Shown here: positions 11,068-20,856 of the stretch, one piece after another
How positions within the stretch are numbered: position 1 is the first letter of the stretch
Layout of the letters: every line of letters starts with the position of its first letter
Assembly: GCA_963704145.1 (NCBI GenBank)
Contig: CAVPHB010000006.1
Location: forward strand, 502,208-566,207
Source: an uncultured Chloroflexia bacterium
GTDB taxonomy: Bacteria > Chloroflexota > Limnocylindria > Limnocylindrales > CSP1-4
DNA length: 64,000 bases
Reading direction: 5' to 3'
The notes under the pieces: model-generated
What the model was told of the DNA's origin: nothing
The model's input: the letters and a program-made list of their open reading frames with translations, nothing else
Database searches by the model: none
Translations under genes and position numbers: made by a program

Positions 11068-12067
11068 CATGCCCCGGCTGTATGTCGCCGGCGGGCAACA
11101 GCGAGCACTGCGCCCGATGAGCGCCGGCGTGCAGGACTGGTACGAGTACCAGCGCGGCATCATCCTGGAGTTGGACACCGCCAGCGGCCAGGCCGTCGTC
11201 GTCGTCGATTACGTGTCGCCGCCAGACGTCTGCCCGCCTGACCGCCCGGCGATCCTGTTCAAGTCCGGCACTCTGGTCGCCGACGTCCTGTACGTCTGCA
11301 CTCAGACCGAGGTGCTGCTCTATCGCGTGCCGGGGTTCGAGAGGATCGGCTACGTGTCCCTGCCGATGTTCAACGACGTGCACCACGTCCGGCCCACGCC
11401 GGACGGCAATCTGCTGGTGGCCAACACGGGCCTGGACATGGTCATTGAGGTGACCCCGTCGGGCACGATCGTGCGCTTGTGGAACGTGCTCGGCGACGAC
11501 CCCTGGGTGCGCTTCTCGGAAGATACCGACTATCGCCGCGTCCCGACAACCAAGCCCCACCTCGCCCACCCCAACCACGTCTTCCACATAGGTGCCGAGC
11601 CGTGGACCACGCGCTTCCAACAGAAGGACGCGATCTCGCTGGTCGACCCGACGCGACGAATAGACATCGGCCTCGAGCGCGTCCACGACGGGATCGTCGA
11701 CGGCGGCTATGTGTACTTCACGACCGTCGACGGGAAGGTGGCCATCGCTGACACGCAAGGGCTGAGGGTCGTTGATGTCATCGACCTGACGGCGGCCCAC
11801 CCGGCCGACATGCTGCTGGGATGGGCACGCGGGCTGCTCATCGACGGCGACCATCTGTGGGTGGGCTTCTCGCGCATCCGGCCCACGAAGTTCCGCGAGA
11901 ACGTCGGCTGGGTGCTGCGCGGCATGAAGCGCGACTTCGGCACGCACGTCGGCTGCTACGACCTGCGCACTCGGCAGTCGGTCGCCCAGATCCCCGTCGA
12001 GCCCTATGGGTTGAGCGCCATCTTTGGCCTCTACCGCGCCCCGGCCGCCCCGCCCGCCGAGGCCTGA
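11068..12067 (+). CDS. Hypothetical protein (333 aa, no signal peptide, probably beta-propeller-like)
   Basis: MPRLYVAGGQQ... starts at ATG 11068 inside the long artefactual ORF 9830-12067. Composition is coding-like. Function is not recognisable. Confidence 0.5.
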
Positions 12068-12236
12068 GCCCGGCTGGCAGGCGCTCGGCCTCGTGCGCGC
12101 GGTCAACACAAACGGCCGCCCCAGTCCCAAAGTTCCTTGACTTCAGTACTATTTGGCCAGACGATCGGCGCAGCGGGCGACGCATCCGCCCGGCTCAGCT
12201 GCCGTTTCCAGCGCCGCCGCCACCAAGAGGTTTGAC

Positions 12237-15200
12237 TTGTTGCGTTCATTGACTGTCTCGGCGCTGTCGGCCGTCGTCCTTTTCGGGGCCGGCCAGGCGC
12301 TGGCCGCGCAGCCGACCCGTACCGGCGGTCTGCAGCTGTCATTGCCCGCGGTGGTCGAGCCGGACTCGCTGGCTGCCGTCGAGTTCCGGCTGCCGGCGCA
12401 GGTCGCCGCAGTTGACGGTCGGCTATACCTAGACATGGCTTCGGCCGACGTCGTCGGCGTGGCGCCAGTCGGCACCGGCGTGGCCATGGCCCCACTCGAG
12501 ATCAGCGGCGGCGTGGCCTTCGGTGCCTACGGTCTCGCCGCGAGCAACGGGCGGACGATCATGCGCGTTATCCTCGCCCCGCACGTTGCTGGACGACTTC
12601 AGCTGCGCGTGGTGATCGATGCTGCGGCCGACGCCATGGGCCACCGCCTGACACTGGGGCGCGCCAGGGCATTGGCTTCGTTGAGCGTCGGGCGTGCGTC
12701 CGTCGCCCTGAACGCGCCGCGTGACGGCGCCCGCCAGCTTGTTTCGCGCGCGGCTGGTCAGGCGCATGACCTGATCGCCGACGGTACCATCGACAGCCTC
12801 GACCTCGACGTGGCCCGGGCGGGCTGGGAGCGGGCGCAGGGCAACGACGCGGCGTGTGTCGGGCTGGACCCGGCCGCCGACGCCAACGGCGATGGATGCG
12901 TGGACATCGTCGATCTCCAGGCCCTGCTCGCTGCCCCGGGCCGCAGCACGAGCCTCCCCGCCGGCACCCGGTCGGTCGATGTCATCGATCGGGCCACACC
13001 CATGCTCGCTGCCCTCGCCGGCACCGGTCTTGTCTTCGTGGTCACCAGCACCGCCGACACCGCCGACGCCACCAACGGCGACGGGCTGTGCGCCGATTCG
13101 GAGGGTCGCTGCACGCTGCGCGCAGCGATTACCGAGTCCAACTGGCAGGAGGGCGACAACCGCATCGAGTTCAACCTGCCGGGCACCGCGCCGGTGCTGA
13201 TCCAGCTGGGCAGCAGCCCGATGTCGCTGATCCAGGATCGGACGGGCGGCCTGGTCATCGATGGCTACAGCCAGCCGGGCAGCCGCGTCAACACGGCGAC
13301 TGTCGGATCCGACGCGATCCCCGGCGTCGAACTGCGCGGCACGGGCAGCTCGCCGCGCGGTAATGCCTTCCGGATCACCAGCGCCAACAACTCCATTCGC
13401 GGATTCCTTCTCACCAGGCATTACCGGCCGGTGTTCATGGATGGGCCCGATGCCCACCACAACCAGATCCTGGGCAATCTGATCGGCTTCACACGCAGCG
13501 GAGCAGTCGATGGCTATCGGGGCAGTCACGCCGTGCGCCTCAACGTGGGCGCGCACGACAACGTCATCGGCTCGTCGGCGCTGGCCGACCGAAACGTCAT
13601 CGGCAACTTCACCCATGCCGTCGATCTGTACGGCCCGGGGACGGACAGCAACGTCGTTCAGAACAACGTCCTGTGCATGACTCCCAGTGGCACAGGCCAG
13701 GCCTCATGCAGCACGGCCATCGACCACAACTTCGGGCCCAAGGACAACCTTCATGGTGGATACGCCGCCGGTGAGCGCAACGTCATTGGCCGGACGACGC
13801 TGAACGGGATCGAGATCTCGCACGGTTGGGATCCCGGCCAGGCCGATACCTCGACCAAGTGGCAGAACAACAACAACCGCGTCATCGGCAACTGGATCGG
13901 CTTCCGCGGCGATGGCAGCTACGACGCTGCCTTCCGCTCGGGCCAGAAATCGCCCAACAACAATGACGCCAACGGCGTCAACGTCTACGACGGGTCGAAC
14001 TTCAACTTGGTCGAAGGCAACTGGATTGGCTCGGTCTGGGATGGCGTGAACGTAATGTCGTCCAATTCGACCGGCAACGTCATCCGCAACAACACCATCG
14101 GCGAGTCGCCGCTCGGCCAGGCCGCACCGCTTAACCGGTATGGCATAAATGTCCGCCAGAGGACCACCGCGCACCTCATCGAGGGCAACGTCATCCGCAA
14201 CGCCGGGGTGTACGGGATCGGGCTGACCCAGAAGGATGTGCTCTGGGTCCGCATCAGCCGCAACATCATCACCGACATGGCTGGCCCGGCAATCTACCTC
14301 GCGCCTGACCCCAGCGATCCATCCAAGGGGGCCAACAACCTGCTTCCGCCGCCGGTGATCACTTCCGCGACCAGCAATTGGGCCGGCGGTGCAGGGATCT
14401 CCGGTGCGACGGTCGAGGTCTACCGCGCGTCGCGCCCGGCGGGTCAGAGCGGCCTGCCGGAGGAGTATCTCGGATCGGCTGTTGTTGCCAGCAACGGCAG
14501 CTGGGCGATGCCCATCACGGTCGCAGCCGGGCAGGTTGTCACTGCGCTGCAGATCAACCCGGCCAATAACACCTCCGCCCTCGGCGTGAACGTCACCGTC
14601 CAGCCAACGGGGACGGCAACAACGTACGCGGCGGATGCGTTCGGGCGGACCAGCTCTGGCTGGGGCAGCGCGGACGTGGGTGGTTCGTACTCGCTGCAGG
14701 GTAACGCCGTCAACTACGGCCTCGCCAACGGACTCGGCACGATGCTGCTGCCGGCGAAGGGCGCGTCACGCGCGGCGCTGCTCAACGGCGTCACCCCGCG
14801 TGACGTCGAGATTCTGCTGCGCGTCGGCGTCAACAAGGTCGCCGCGGGTGGGAGGTATTACGTCTACGCCGTCGCCCGGCGCAATGGCAACAGCGAATAC
14901 CGTCCGCGCCTGCTGTTCAACGCCGATGGCAGCGTGTCGGTCAACGCGAGTGTGCTGACGAACGGCAGCGAGAGCTCACTCGGTGCGGCTGTCGCAGTCG
15001 CCGGCCTCAGCCAGTCAGCCGACGGCTTCATCTGGCTGCGCGCCCAGGTGACGGGGGCCAGCCCGACCACCATCAGGGTCAAGGCATGGGCCGACGGCGA
15101 GGCAGAGCCAGCCGGGTGGCAGTTCAGCGCGACCAACTCCCATGCGGCTGTCCAGGTGGCTGGCGCGGTCGGACTGCGCGCCTACATCAGCCGGTCGGTG

Positions 15201-15257
15201 AGCACCGCCCCGGTGGTCGTCAGCTTCGACGACTACTCGGTGATCAGCACGACCTGA
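12237..15257 (+). CDS. Large secreted CSLREA-domain / right-handed parallel beta-helix (PbH1) repeat protein, about 1007 aa
   Basis: TTG start at 12237, 6 nt after AAGAGG. Signal peptide LRSLTVSALSAVVLFGAGQALAAQ. Dockerin-like DANGDGCVDIVDLQALL. CSLREA-type motif TADTADATNGDGLCADSEGRCTLRAAITESN. Many PbH1 repeats (NVIGNFTHAVDLYG, NRVIGNWIGF, NVIRNNTIGES, IEGNVIRNAGVYGIGL). A C-terminal ~150-aa domain is also found in the 17071-19139 protein. Confidence 0.75.
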   Translation: MLRSLTVSALSAVVLFGAGQALAAQPTRTGGLQLSLPAVVEPDSLAAVEFRLPAQVAAVDGRLYLDMASADVVGVAPVGTGVAMAPLEISGGVAFGAYGLAASNGRTIMRVILAPHVAGRLQLRVVIDAAADAMGHRLTLGRARALASLSVGRASVALNAPRDGARQLVSRAAGQAHDLIADGTIDSLDLDVARAGWERAQGNDAACVGLDPAADANGDGCVDIVDLQALLAAPGRSTSLPAGTRSVDVIDRATPMLAALAGTGLVFVVTSTADTADATNGDGLCADSEGRCTLRAAITESNWQEGDNRIEFNLPGTAPVLIQLGSSPMSLIQDRTGGLVIDGYSQPGSRVNTATVGSDAIPGVELRGTGSSPRGNAFRITSANNSIRGFLLTRHYRPVFMDGPDAHHNQILGNLIGFTRSGAVDGYRGSHAVRLNVGAHDNVIGSSALADRNVIGNFTHAVDLYGPGTDSNVVQNNVLCMTPSGTGQASCSTAIDHNFGPKDNLHGGYAAGERNVIGRTTLNGIEISHGWDPGQADTSTKWQNNNNRVIGNWIGFRGDGSYDAAFRSGQKSPNNNDANGVNVYDGSNFNLVEGNWIGSVWDGVNVMSSNSTGNVIRNNTIGESPLGQAAPLNRYGINVRQRTTAHLIEGNVIRNAGVYGIGLTQKDVLWVRISRNIITDMAGPAIYLAPDPSDPSKGANNLLPPPVITSATSNWAGGAGISGATVEVYRASRPAGQSGLPEEYLGSAVVASNGSWAMPITVAAGQVVTALQINPANNTSALGVNVTVQPTGTATTYAADAFGRTSSGWGSADVGGSYSLQGNAVNYGLANGLGTMLLPAKGASRAALLNGVTPRDVEILLRVGVNKVAAGGRYYVYAVARRNGNSEYRPRLLFNADGSVSVNASVLTNGSESSLGAAVAVAGLSQSADGFIWLRAQVTGASPTTIRVKAWADGEAEPAGWQFSATNSHAAVQVAGAVGLRAYISRSVSTAPVVVSFDDYSVISTT

Positions 15258-15354
15258 GCAACCGCCAGATGGGGGGGCCGGCCGTACTCCCGCCGCGCCG
15301 CAGCCGCGTTGCCGAGCGCGGCACGGTTGCTGTCCATGCCGGCGGGCTCGCCCC

Positions 15355-16704
15355 GTGATCGGCGAGGAAATCGCGCCCGCCGTGGCGCGTCCCGGTCCGG
15401 GAAACGCCGGGCAACTCGCCTGGGCCGCGTCGGGCAGCTTCGCCCTGAACGTCGTCAACACGGCGGCAGCGGTCCTAGCCACGATCGCCCTGGCGCGGCT
15501 GATGGATTTCGCCTCGTTCGGCACCTACTCGTGGGTCGTGGCCACGATCACGCTGTTGACCGTTCCGGCCCTGCTCGGCGTCGATCGGCTGCTCGTGCGC
15601 GACGTCGCCATATACGCCGGCCGCGGGGCCTACGGATCGCTGCGCGGCCTGCTGCGGCGGTCAGCACAGCTGGTCCTCGTGGCCTGCGCGCTGATCATCG
15701 GCGGCACCCTGGTGCTGGCTTGGGCGCTCGACCACGGTGGCGGCTCGCCCACCATCCTCGCGCTGGTGATCGGCCTGCTGGCATTGCCCGCCCTGGGTCT
15801 CAGTCGGGTCGCCCAATCTGCGTTGATGGGCGTCCATCAGATCGTGCGTGCTCAGATCGCCGACTTGCTGCTGCGACCTGTCGTCTTGCTGGGCCTGGTA
15901 CTCGGCGCCGCCCTGCTGGTCGGCGCTCCGCTTGACGCGCCGCTGGCGGTGACCCTGTTCAGCGCCAGTGCCGCCGCGGGCCTGGTCGTGGCGCTCCTGC
16001 TGCTGCGCCGCCGGATGGCCACCCTGCCGCCGGCCCGGCCAACCTATGACACACGTCGCTGGCTGGGTGCCGCGGCCGGGTTGGTGCTGCTCAGCGGCGG
16101 ATTGGTCGTCAACAGCCAGATCGGCGTGGTGCTGCTCGGACTACTCGACGCACCCCAGTCGGCCGGCCTGTACGCGGTCGCGCAGCGCGGGGCCATGCTG
16201 ATCGCCTTTCCGCTGATGGCCCTCAGCGCCGCGCTGGCACCCACCGCCGCGCGGCTCTGGTCGGCCGGCGAGGTCGACCAGCTTCAGCGGCTGGTGACGC
16301 TGGGCTCGCGCGTCGTGCTGCTGGCCGCGATCCCGATCGCCCTGGTCTTCCTGTTCGCCGGTGACGCGCTGCTCACCCTGGTCTTCGGCGCCTCGTTCGC
16401 GGCGGCGGCGCCGGCCCTCGCGCTGCTCAGTCTGGGCCAGGTCGCCAACGCCGCGACCGGATCGGTTGCGACGCTCCTGATCATGACCGGCAACGAGCGT
16501 CGAGCCGGCATCGGCATCGCGGTCGGGATGGCCCTCAATGTGGGCCTCGGAGTGCTGCTCATCCCTTCCCATCACACAGTCGGGGCAGCGATCGCCGCTG
16601 CCGTCGGGCTGCTGGCCTCGAACTCAGTCCACGTTATCCTGGCGCGCTCGGCGCTCGGGCTCGACTCGACCGCGCTGGGCCTGCCCGTCCGGCGCAACGC
16701 ATAG
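15355..16704 (+). CDS. wzx: Oligosaccharide/polysaccharide flippase (MOP superfamily, Wzx-like), 449 aa
   Basis: Intact ORF with about 12-14 TM helices and the typical Wzx composition. It lies inside the glycan locus. Confidence 0.75.
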   Translation: MIGEEIAPAVARPGPGNAGQLAWAASGSFALNVVNTAAAVLATIALARLMDFASFGTYSWVVATITLLTVPALLGVDRLLVRDVAIYAGRGAYGSLRGLLRRSAQLVLVACALIIGGTLVLAWALDHGGGSPTILALVIGLLALPALGLSRVAQSALMGVHQIVRAQIADLLLRPVVLLGLVLGAALLVGAPLDAPLAVTLFSASAAAGLVVALLLLRRRMATLPPARPTYDTRRWLGAAAGLVLLSGGLVVNSQIGVVLLGLLDAPQSAGLYAVAQRGAMLIAFPLMALSAALAPTAARLWSAGEVDQLQRLVTLGSRVVLLAAIPIALVFLFAGDALLTLVFGASFAAAAPALALLSLGQVANAATGSVATLLIMTGNERRAGIGIAVGMALNVGLGVLLIPSHHTVGAAIAAAVGLLASNSVHVILARSALGLDSTALGLPVRRNA

Positions 16705-17070
16705 TCGCGCCGTGACTGAGACCATGCGACAGCGCCGGACCTGAATCAGCCCGTCAGCCTCAGCGCCGGCGATTGCGCGCGGTCGACCTGAGACGGCTTG
16801 GCGCCTGCTCGCGACCGAGGTGCGCCGGTGGCACTCCAGCAGGGCCATAGCCGGTCTGCAGCGCAGGCCACATGAGAAACGCCGATCGTGCCGTCGCACC
16901 TCGTGCCGGTCCTGGGTGCGGGCGAGGCACCACGGCGGCGGAGACTGGCGAGCCAAGCGTAATTAGCTGTTCGGGACCATCAGGTGGTTGGCTGCCGCCC
17001 GGCGCGATGGGAGGCTCCGCTCATCCGCTAGTTCGGTGTAGCGCGGATGGGGAAAGGTGGGTCTCTAATA

Positions 17071-19139
17071 GTGCGTCCCAAGGGCCAGCAAGTCGGCCGC
17101 CGTCAGTCCATCTACCGGGCCGTGGCGATCCGTGCCAGCGTCGTTGCCACCGCACTGCTGGCGGTTGCCGTCCCGTGGGCGACGATGGCGACGCCTGTCG
17201 CGCTGGCGGCCAATCAGGGCAGCAACGGAGTCGTTGGCGTCGCCGGCAGGGCCGGCAAGGTGGTTCTCGAGCGGCGCGGCACGTGGCGTGAGCTCGAGTT
17301 GGCCAATCGGGACGCCGACACCGACATCCGCGTGAACGTCCGCAGTAACAAGGTCGCCACCGGGCTGGGCCAGTCGGTCGCAATTGTCGCCCGCCGGACC
17401 GGCGACAACGAGTACCGCGCGAGAGTCCAGTTCACACGCGACGGCGGGATCATGCTCTCCGCGATCAGGCGTGCGCGTGGCACGCGCTCGATCATTCGGG
17501 CCCGTCGTGCGGGTCCCCGGGGTGACCCATCGACCAGGCTCATTCGTTGCCGTGCGCGTTCGCGTTCAGGGTAGTCGGCCCACGACCATTTCCGTCAAGG
17601 CTTGGCCGGCAGGGACAGTCCAGCCGGCGGCATGGGCGCTTTCTGTGACCGATGGCATGTCCGAACTGGGCGATGCGGGCTGGCTCGGACTGCACTTCGG
17701 CGTATCGAGATCGGCGAGCAACGCGCCCGTGCGCTACGACTACGACGGCATCGCAGTCTCGGGCACCGCATCGGACGTTCCGCCGAGCGCCCCGCCGGGC
17801 ACCGCTCCCACCGCACCGCCCTTGCCGGCCGACGCGTACTTCGTGGCGCCCGCCGGCGACGATACCGCAGACGGCTCTGCCGAGTCGCCCTGGCGCACCT
17901 TTCAGAAGGCGGCTGACTCGGTCGCTGCCGGCGCCACCGTGGTGGCCCGCTCGGGCAGCTATGCCGGGTTCACCATGCGCCGCTCGGGTTCCGCCGGCGC
18001 GCCGGTCACCTTCGCCGCTTACCCCGGTGAGAGGCCGGTCATCGATGGCCACCAGGCGGTCGCATTCACCGTCCGGCTGTCGGGTGTGAGCCACGTTCAC
18101 CTCGTCGGGTTGACCGTCCAGGGTGGATTTGCCGAGGGCCATAGCGGCGGCGGCGTGCTGATCGAGAACAGCGCCCATGTCGAGGTCCGCGACTGCCTGG
18201 TGCGGGACAACAAGGCCTTCGGGATCCGCTCCGCCGGCTCGACCCACGTCGTGATCTCCAACAACGAGGTGACCGGCAACGCGGTCGGTGTGCACATCAA
18301 CGGAGCCGGCGAGGGAACCCTGGTGGACGGCAACATGATCCACGACAACACCCAGATGATGGTCAACACAGCCGGCGTGGCCGACGACGACGTCGGTGCT
18401 GAAGGCGTCGCCCTGGTCCGGTCGACGGGCCACGTGGTCGTGCGCGGCAACTACCTGTGGGGCAACCGCGCGCCGAGCTACGACTACGGCTACGACGGCG
18501 GCGCCTTCTCGGTCTACGCCGCGAGCAACTGGACGATCACCGAGAACACGACCTGGGATAACCGCAACGTGCTCGAGACCGGCACCGATTTCGGCCATGA
18601 CCCCGTGTGCCAATAACGTCTTCACGCGCAACCTGAACTACGGCGCAACGACCGCCGACCGCACGGTTGGCATGGTCCTGCGCTGTGCATCGAACATGCT
18701 CGTGGCCAACAACACCTTCCACGGGCTGCAGTACTTCGTCTTCGCCATCTCGCACAACCGGCCGGGCTGGGGCGGGCCGGTCGACGGTCTGCGCATCCTC
18801 AACAACGTGATCTCCATCTCGACCGGCAAGATCTATGGGCTCGAGACGGCCCTGCCGGCCTCCGTCGTGATCGACAACAATGTGGTCCAGGCGTCCGGCA
18901 CCGCCACCCTCGCGTCGGTGCCCGGGAAGGGCAGCACGACCAGCCTGGCCACGTTGCGCAACTGGACAGGCTACGAAGTCCACGGCCTCCAAGCCGATCC
19001 GCTGTTCATGGATAGGGCCGGCCACGACTACCGGCTGCGCGCCGAATCGCCGGCGGTCGACGCCGCGCAGGTTGTTTCTGGAGTGACCGACGGCTTCATC
19101 GGCGCCGGCCCGGACGCCGGTTATCACGAACGGCGCTGA
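17071..19139 (+). pseudogene. Secreted right-handed parallel beta-helix (pectate-lyase-fold) protein, with frameshifts near 17540 and 18600
   Basis: GTG start 17071 after GAAAGGTGG. Signal peptide AIRASVVATALLAVAVPWATMATPVALA. N-terminal domain homologous to the C-terminus of the 12237-15257 protein (ARRTGDNEYRARVQF...SRPTTISVKAWPAGTVQPAAW). DAYFVAPAGDDTADGSAESPWRTFQKAADSVAAGATVVARSGSYAG plus PbH1 repeats (NNEVTGNAVGVHINGAG, RGNYLWGN). Tail is in frame 18396-19139. Confidence 0.7.
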
Positions 19140-19176
19140 CGACCAATCACCGGGCCGTCCATCCGGGAGCCAGAAT

Positions 19177-20121
19177 ATGGACGTGACGACGACGCGAACG
19201 GTGGGTCAGGGCGGCGCGCGCTATCCGGATTACCTGATCGTTGGGGCGCCGCGGTCGGGCACGACGTTCATGTTCGACTACCTCGGCGGGCATCCCCAGA
19301 TCTACAACTCGCCGCGCAAAGAGCCACAGTATTTCGCCACCGACCTGGACTCGGGCAGCTACCTCGACTCCCTCACGTTCATGCGTGACCGGGAGGAGTA
19401 CCTCGAGCTGTTCAGCGCTGCCCGGCCTGATCAGCTGACCGGCGAGGCCTCGACCTGGTACCTGTACTCGAAGGTCGCCGCGGCGAACATCAAGGCGGCC
19501 AATCCGAGCGCGCGGATCATCATCATGCTGCGCCACCCGGTCGAGATGCTCTACTCACTCCACGGCCGCCGGCTGTACGGGGGCTCGGAGGACCTGGCCA
19601 GCTTCGAGGAGGCCCTCGCCGCCGAGGACGATCGTCGCGCCGGCCGCCGGATTCCAGCCCGAGCACGCAATGTGACCGCGCTCTTCTACCGCGACGTTGG
19701 GCGCTATGCGCCGCAGGTTGAGCGCTACCTGGACGCCTTCGCGGCCGAGCAGGTGCACATCGTGCTTTTTGACGACTTCATCCGTGACCCGGCCGGCGCC
19801 TACCGTGACGTGGTCGAGTTTCTGGGCGTCGATCCCTCGTTCCGGCCCGAGTTTCAAGTCGTCAACGCCGGCGCTGCGCGGCGCAGCTGGCGGCTTCAGC
19901 AGGCGCTCCTCGCGCCGCGCAATGTGCGCGTAGCACGGATGCTGATCCCGGCTCGCAGGCGACCGCGTGTCGGCCGCCTCTGGGACGCGCTCAACAGCCG
20001 GTCGCAGCGGCGCGCGCCGCTCGATCCGCTGGCGGCCGCCCGGCTGCGTGCCGAGCTGTTGCCCGACATCGAGCGGCTGGGAGTGCTGCTCGACCGCGAT
20101 CTGGCCGCGCTATGGAGCTGA
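19177..20121 (+). CDS. Sulfotransferase-domain protein (PAPS-dependent), 314 aa
   Basis: YPDYLIVGAPRSGTTFMFDYL is the 5'-PSB motif. RHP...SLH lies in the 3'-PB region. Start has RBS GGGAGCC. Confidence 0.8.
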   Translation: MDVTTTRTVGQGGARYPDYLIVGAPRSGTTFMFDYLGGHPQIYNSPRKEPQYFATDLDSGSYLDSLTFMRDREEYLELFSAARPDQLTGEASTWYLYSKVAAANIKAANPSARIIIMLRHPVEMLYSLHGRRLYGGSEDLASFEEALAAEDDRRAGRRIPARARNVTALFYRDVGRYAPQVERYLDAFAAEQVHIVLFDDFIRDPAGAYRDVVEFLGVDPSFRPEFQVVNAGAARRSWRLQQALLAPRNVRVARMLIPARRRPRVGRLWDALNSRSQRRAPLDPLAAARLRAELLPDIERLGVLLDRDLAALWS

Positions 20122-20130
20122 GGTCGGCAC

Positions 20131-20751
20131 TCAGCCAGTCCGGCCCACCCGCCGCAGTGCGGCATCGACATCCGCCGCAGCGCGGCAGTGGATCACCTTG
20201 TCGCCGTAGCGAGCGAGCAGCTCCGCCGTCGCGGCCCGGCTGACGGCCGATTCTCCGCCACCCGCGCGCCCGGCTGCCTCAGCGTCCGAGCGGTGGTAGC
20301 CGCGTGCCTCGGGCAGTGCTGCAGCGAGCTCGCGCAGATGACGGCCGTAGTCGCGCAGGCGCAGGAAGCGGCGCCATCCGCGCTGCCGGCGTCCTTCGCT
20401 GATCGCCTGGCCGACGAAGCGTCTGACCAGCCGGCCACCCGCCCGAGGCCAGTTGACATGGTCAAGCCAGATGATCACGTCGGCCGCTTCGAGCAGATCG
20501 TCGGTCCACCCGACGTGGATCCCCTCGACCACCCACAGCCCGGCGCCGGCAATCTGTTTGACCATCGCGTCGCGCTCGGCGGCTGGGCGCAGCGGGCCGT
20601 TGCCGCTGCCGACGCGGGCCACCTCATCGAGGTGGTGAACCGGCAGTCCGGCACGCTGCCCCACCTGGGCGGCGAGGCTGGTCTTGCCGCTGCCCGATCC
20701 GCCGATGATGTAGACGCGCCTAGCCGCCATCGTTCGCGGGCTGAAGGACAA
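20131..20751 (-). CDS. P-loop NTPase (adenylate-kinase/topology-modulation-protein-like AAA domain)
   Basis: RRVYIIGGSGSGKTSLAAQVGQRAGLPVHHLDEV is a Walker A. Real start may be the internal Met at 20730. It is convergent with the sulfotransferase. Confidence 0.6.
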   Translation of the reverse strand: MSFSPRTMAARRVYIIGGSGSGKTSLAAQVGQRAGLPVHHLDEVARVGSGNGPLRPAAERDAMVKQIAGAGLWVVEGIHVGWTDDLLEAADVIIWLDHVNWPRAGGRLVRRFVGQAISEGRRQRGWRRFLRLRDYGRHLRELAAALPEARGYHRSDAEAAGRAGGGESAVSRAATAELLARYGDKVIHCRAAADVDAALRRVGRTG

Positions 20752-20856
20752 CGAACCGGGTCAGGTCTAGGGCGACGGCGGCCGGTGCCGCGGTCGCGAG
20801 CAGCATCACGACGAGCAGGTCACGCTGGTTGAGCAGGGGACGCAGGGAGGTCGGCT

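Noticed and set aside
9830-12067. 745-aa ORF on the plus strand
   Set aside because: Its first ~1.2 kb is antisense to the GHMP kinase gene and has no protein-like motifs. It is a typical high-GC open-frame artefact. Only the last 333 aa (from ATG 11068) are taken as a gene.
12100-12170. Promoter ccttgacttcagtactatttgg upstream of the beta-helix gene
   Set aside because: TTGACT and TACTAT are only 4 bp apart. No alternative hexamer at 16-18 bp spacing matches well, so it is not called.
12153-12236. ATG 12153 as the start of the big beta-helix protein
   Set aside because: The 28 codons upstream of TTG 12237 are Ala/Ser/Arg-rich with no signal-peptide character. TTG 12237 has a 6-nt-spaced AAGAGG and starts a textbook signal peptide.
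20131-20751. P-loop protein as adenylyl-sulfate (APS) kinase partnering the sulfotransferase
   Set aside because: The Walker A motif GGSGSGKTS and overall length fit an adenylate-kinase/topology-modulation-type NTPase, not CysC (GLSGSGKST plus the PAPS-binding region).
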